Assembly: GCF_025449335.1 (NCBI RefSeq)
Contig: NZ_CP104883.1
Coordinates: 2,475,224 to 2,539,223, forward strand
Direction of reading: 5' to 3'
DNA: 64,000 nucleotides
Source: Bartonella sp. HY328
GTDB taxonomy: Bacteria > Pseudomonadota > Alphaproteobacteria > Rhizobiales > Rhizobiaceae
Both the position numbers and the translations under genes were made by a program. This document shows, piece by piece, positions 62,609 through 64,000 of the stretch. The notes under the pieces were generated by a model, which was not told the origin of the DNA, made no database searches, and saw only the letters and a program-made list of their open reading frames with translations. Numbering within the stretch: position 1 is the stretch's first letter; every line of letters begins with the position of its first letter.

Positions 62609-63604
62609 TTATTTCAAAGCAGTCACTCTATACCCCATTTTACGAAAGGCCTCCACCAACCCAGTATCTCCAACAAGATGCAAAGCACCAACAGCAATAA
62701 AACTATTACCCTTTTCAAGTAGCGGTTTGGAGCGTTCTGCCATCACAACATTGCGCTTATCAATTAATTCGGCATTAAATTCCTCCAACCGAGTAATTGT
62801 CGAACCATCGTCAGCAAAATGTTCTGTTAATGGCATTATCATTGATATTTTACCTTCAACATAAAGTTCTGCCGTTGTGCTGGATAAATCTTTCATTCGC
62901 TCTGGATTATTAATAGACTGCAAAATTGATGCTAAATATAAAGGATCTGGTATTCTCGCTAAAATCTTCAACTGCTCTTCAATAGTTTCAAGACCTATCA
63001 ATTCTTTACCATTAGCAAGGGCATTTAGTTCAATTTGGCTATCAAAAACTTTAGCCTCTGTTTGTGGGCAATCCGACATAGAGAAAATCATAACGAAATA
63101 CCATGGCTTCAAATGCTCTACATTCGCAAACGCAATACCACGTTGCTTTAAAAGAGCATCAAATTTTTGAAATTGCGCCTCCGTCATTTGCTTTTTAACA
63201 CTATCATCATTATGGTACATCAACAAATTAGTATTTGCCCTAATTGTATTAAAGAGTTCCCCCCCTGCTTCATCGCCTATATCAATCAACTCCAAAGCTA
63301 CCCGAGAAGATTTATCAAAGGCTATCTGTTCAGCAGAAGTCATTTTGACAATTTTGGCATCACTAGCATGCATTGTGCCCAATAAATAAGACGGCTCAAC
63401 GCCGTCTTTTTCAATTTTCCAAAAGCGGCTATCGCCATTTTTAATTTTGTTGGCGGCCTCTTCTAGTTGCTGCAAGGTTTGCGCATCAAGTGCATCACGC
63501 AAATCTTTACCGCACATCATATTTTGAGCTAAAGCAAAATCGCTAAACCCAAATAGGGCAAATATAGTGACCAATGCTAATAATTTTCTAAACATTATAG
63601 CCAA
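62609..63604 (-). CDS. TraB/GumN family protein with an N-terminal signal peptide.
   Basis: 331 aa with features resembling the TraB/GumN (PrgY-like) family. Confidence 0.6.
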   Translation of the reverse strand: MAIMFRKLLALVTIFALFGFSDFALAQNMMCGKDLRDALDAQTLQQLEEAANKIKNGDSRFWKIEKDGVEPSYLLGTMHASDAKIVKMTSAEQIAFDKSSRVALELIDIGDEAGGELFNTIRANTNLLMYHNDDSVKKQMTEAQFQKFDALLKQRGIAFANVEHLKPWYFVMIFSMSDCPQTEAKVFDSQIELNALANGKELIGLETIEEQLKILARIPDPLYLASILQSINNPERMKDLSSTTAELYVEGKISMIMPLTEHFADDGSTITRLEEFNAELIDKRNVVMAERSKPLLEKGNSFIAVGALHLVGDTGLVEAFRKMGYRVTALK

Positions 63605-63610
63605 AACCTT

Positions 63611-64000
63611 TTACTTTTTAAGCACAATAAAAAAGCGAGGAAAGCGCAGTAATACTTTGCCATCGCGCTGTAAGGGATAAGAATTTTTTATTTTATCAAG
63701 ATAGAGATTTAAAAATATTTCTTTTTCAGCATCATTTAATGGCGAAAGAAAGGGCTGAAGTGCCGCTCCTTTGACCCAATCTACAATTGCTTCATGACTA
63801 TCTAAAACATGATTATAAACACTATGCCAAAGATCAATTTGCAAGACAAAAGGCGCAAAAGCATCATAATAGACACCTGCGTCAGGCAGCTTTTCTCGCG
63901 CTATATTACCAATGCGACTTTTCTAGCGGCTATCTTGTGAAACTTCAATCATCGCCTGATGAATTGGCTCATGTAAATTATCGGGCATTTGAATGGCAAG
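63611..64000 (-). pseudogene. tam: trans-aconitate 2-methyltransferase-like gene (tam), 3' part, interrupted by an in-frame TAG at 63923-63925. Its 5' end lies outside the window.
   Basis: Minus-strand translation from the window edge reads LAIQMPDNLHEPIHQAMIEVSQDSR, then a stop, then KSRIGNIAREKLPDAGVYYDAFAPFVLQIDLWHSVYNH...GKVLLRFPRFFIV. This matches the Tam blocks (QMPDNLQEP..., ...DVWHTVYNH..., ...LLRFPRLF...) in a single frame. Confidence 0.55.

Overview
The window is a chromosomal segment with roughly 40% GC whose gene order points to an alphaproteobacterium of the order Hyphomicrobiales (Rhizobiales), probably Bartonella- or Brucella-like. The taxonomic call is inference from three signatures: an FtsZ C-terminus with a long Gln/Pro-rich linker; irr divergently transcribed from fabA-fabB-fabI; and the petABC, regB/regA and bioY-bioB blocks. 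Most of the window is housekeeping genes: the end of ftsZ, a sulfite-reductase cluster (cysG-like, DUF2849, cysI, DUF934), cobB, gcd, dapD, and the fructose PTS operon fruB(EIIA-HPr-EI)-fruK-fruA with a divergent LacI-family regulator. It also holds rpmH-rnpA-yidC-engB, irr, fabABI, petABC, apt, ychF, fghA-frmA, regBA, bioYB, an alpha-carbonic anhydrase, ETF-QO and a truncated or disrupted tam. Between these blocks sit AT-rich intergenic regions and a few accessory-looking genes. These include an isolated RTX-type Ca-binding repeat protein, an 818-aa TPR-like protein, two DUF805 paralogs flanking gcd, and tandem DUF4105 paralogs. They also include an SPFH-SHOCT protein with a downstream membrane protein, an orphan methylmalonyl-CoA-mutase barrel protein, and Tat-signal PLP and esterase enzymes. 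The most concrete sequence-level discoveries are: a 282-bp MITE-like element with perfect 23-bp terminal inverted repeats in the frmA/regB intergenic region, with a solo homologous end near 18.05 kb; a CysG homolog whose methyltransferase domain is degenerate and truncated; an in-frame amber stop inside tam; two BioR-type boxes upstream of bioY; a Cra/FruR-like palindrome upstream of fruB. I found no single obvious multi-gene novel system such as a defence island, and I say so. No rRNA, tRNA or CRISPR array was recognised.
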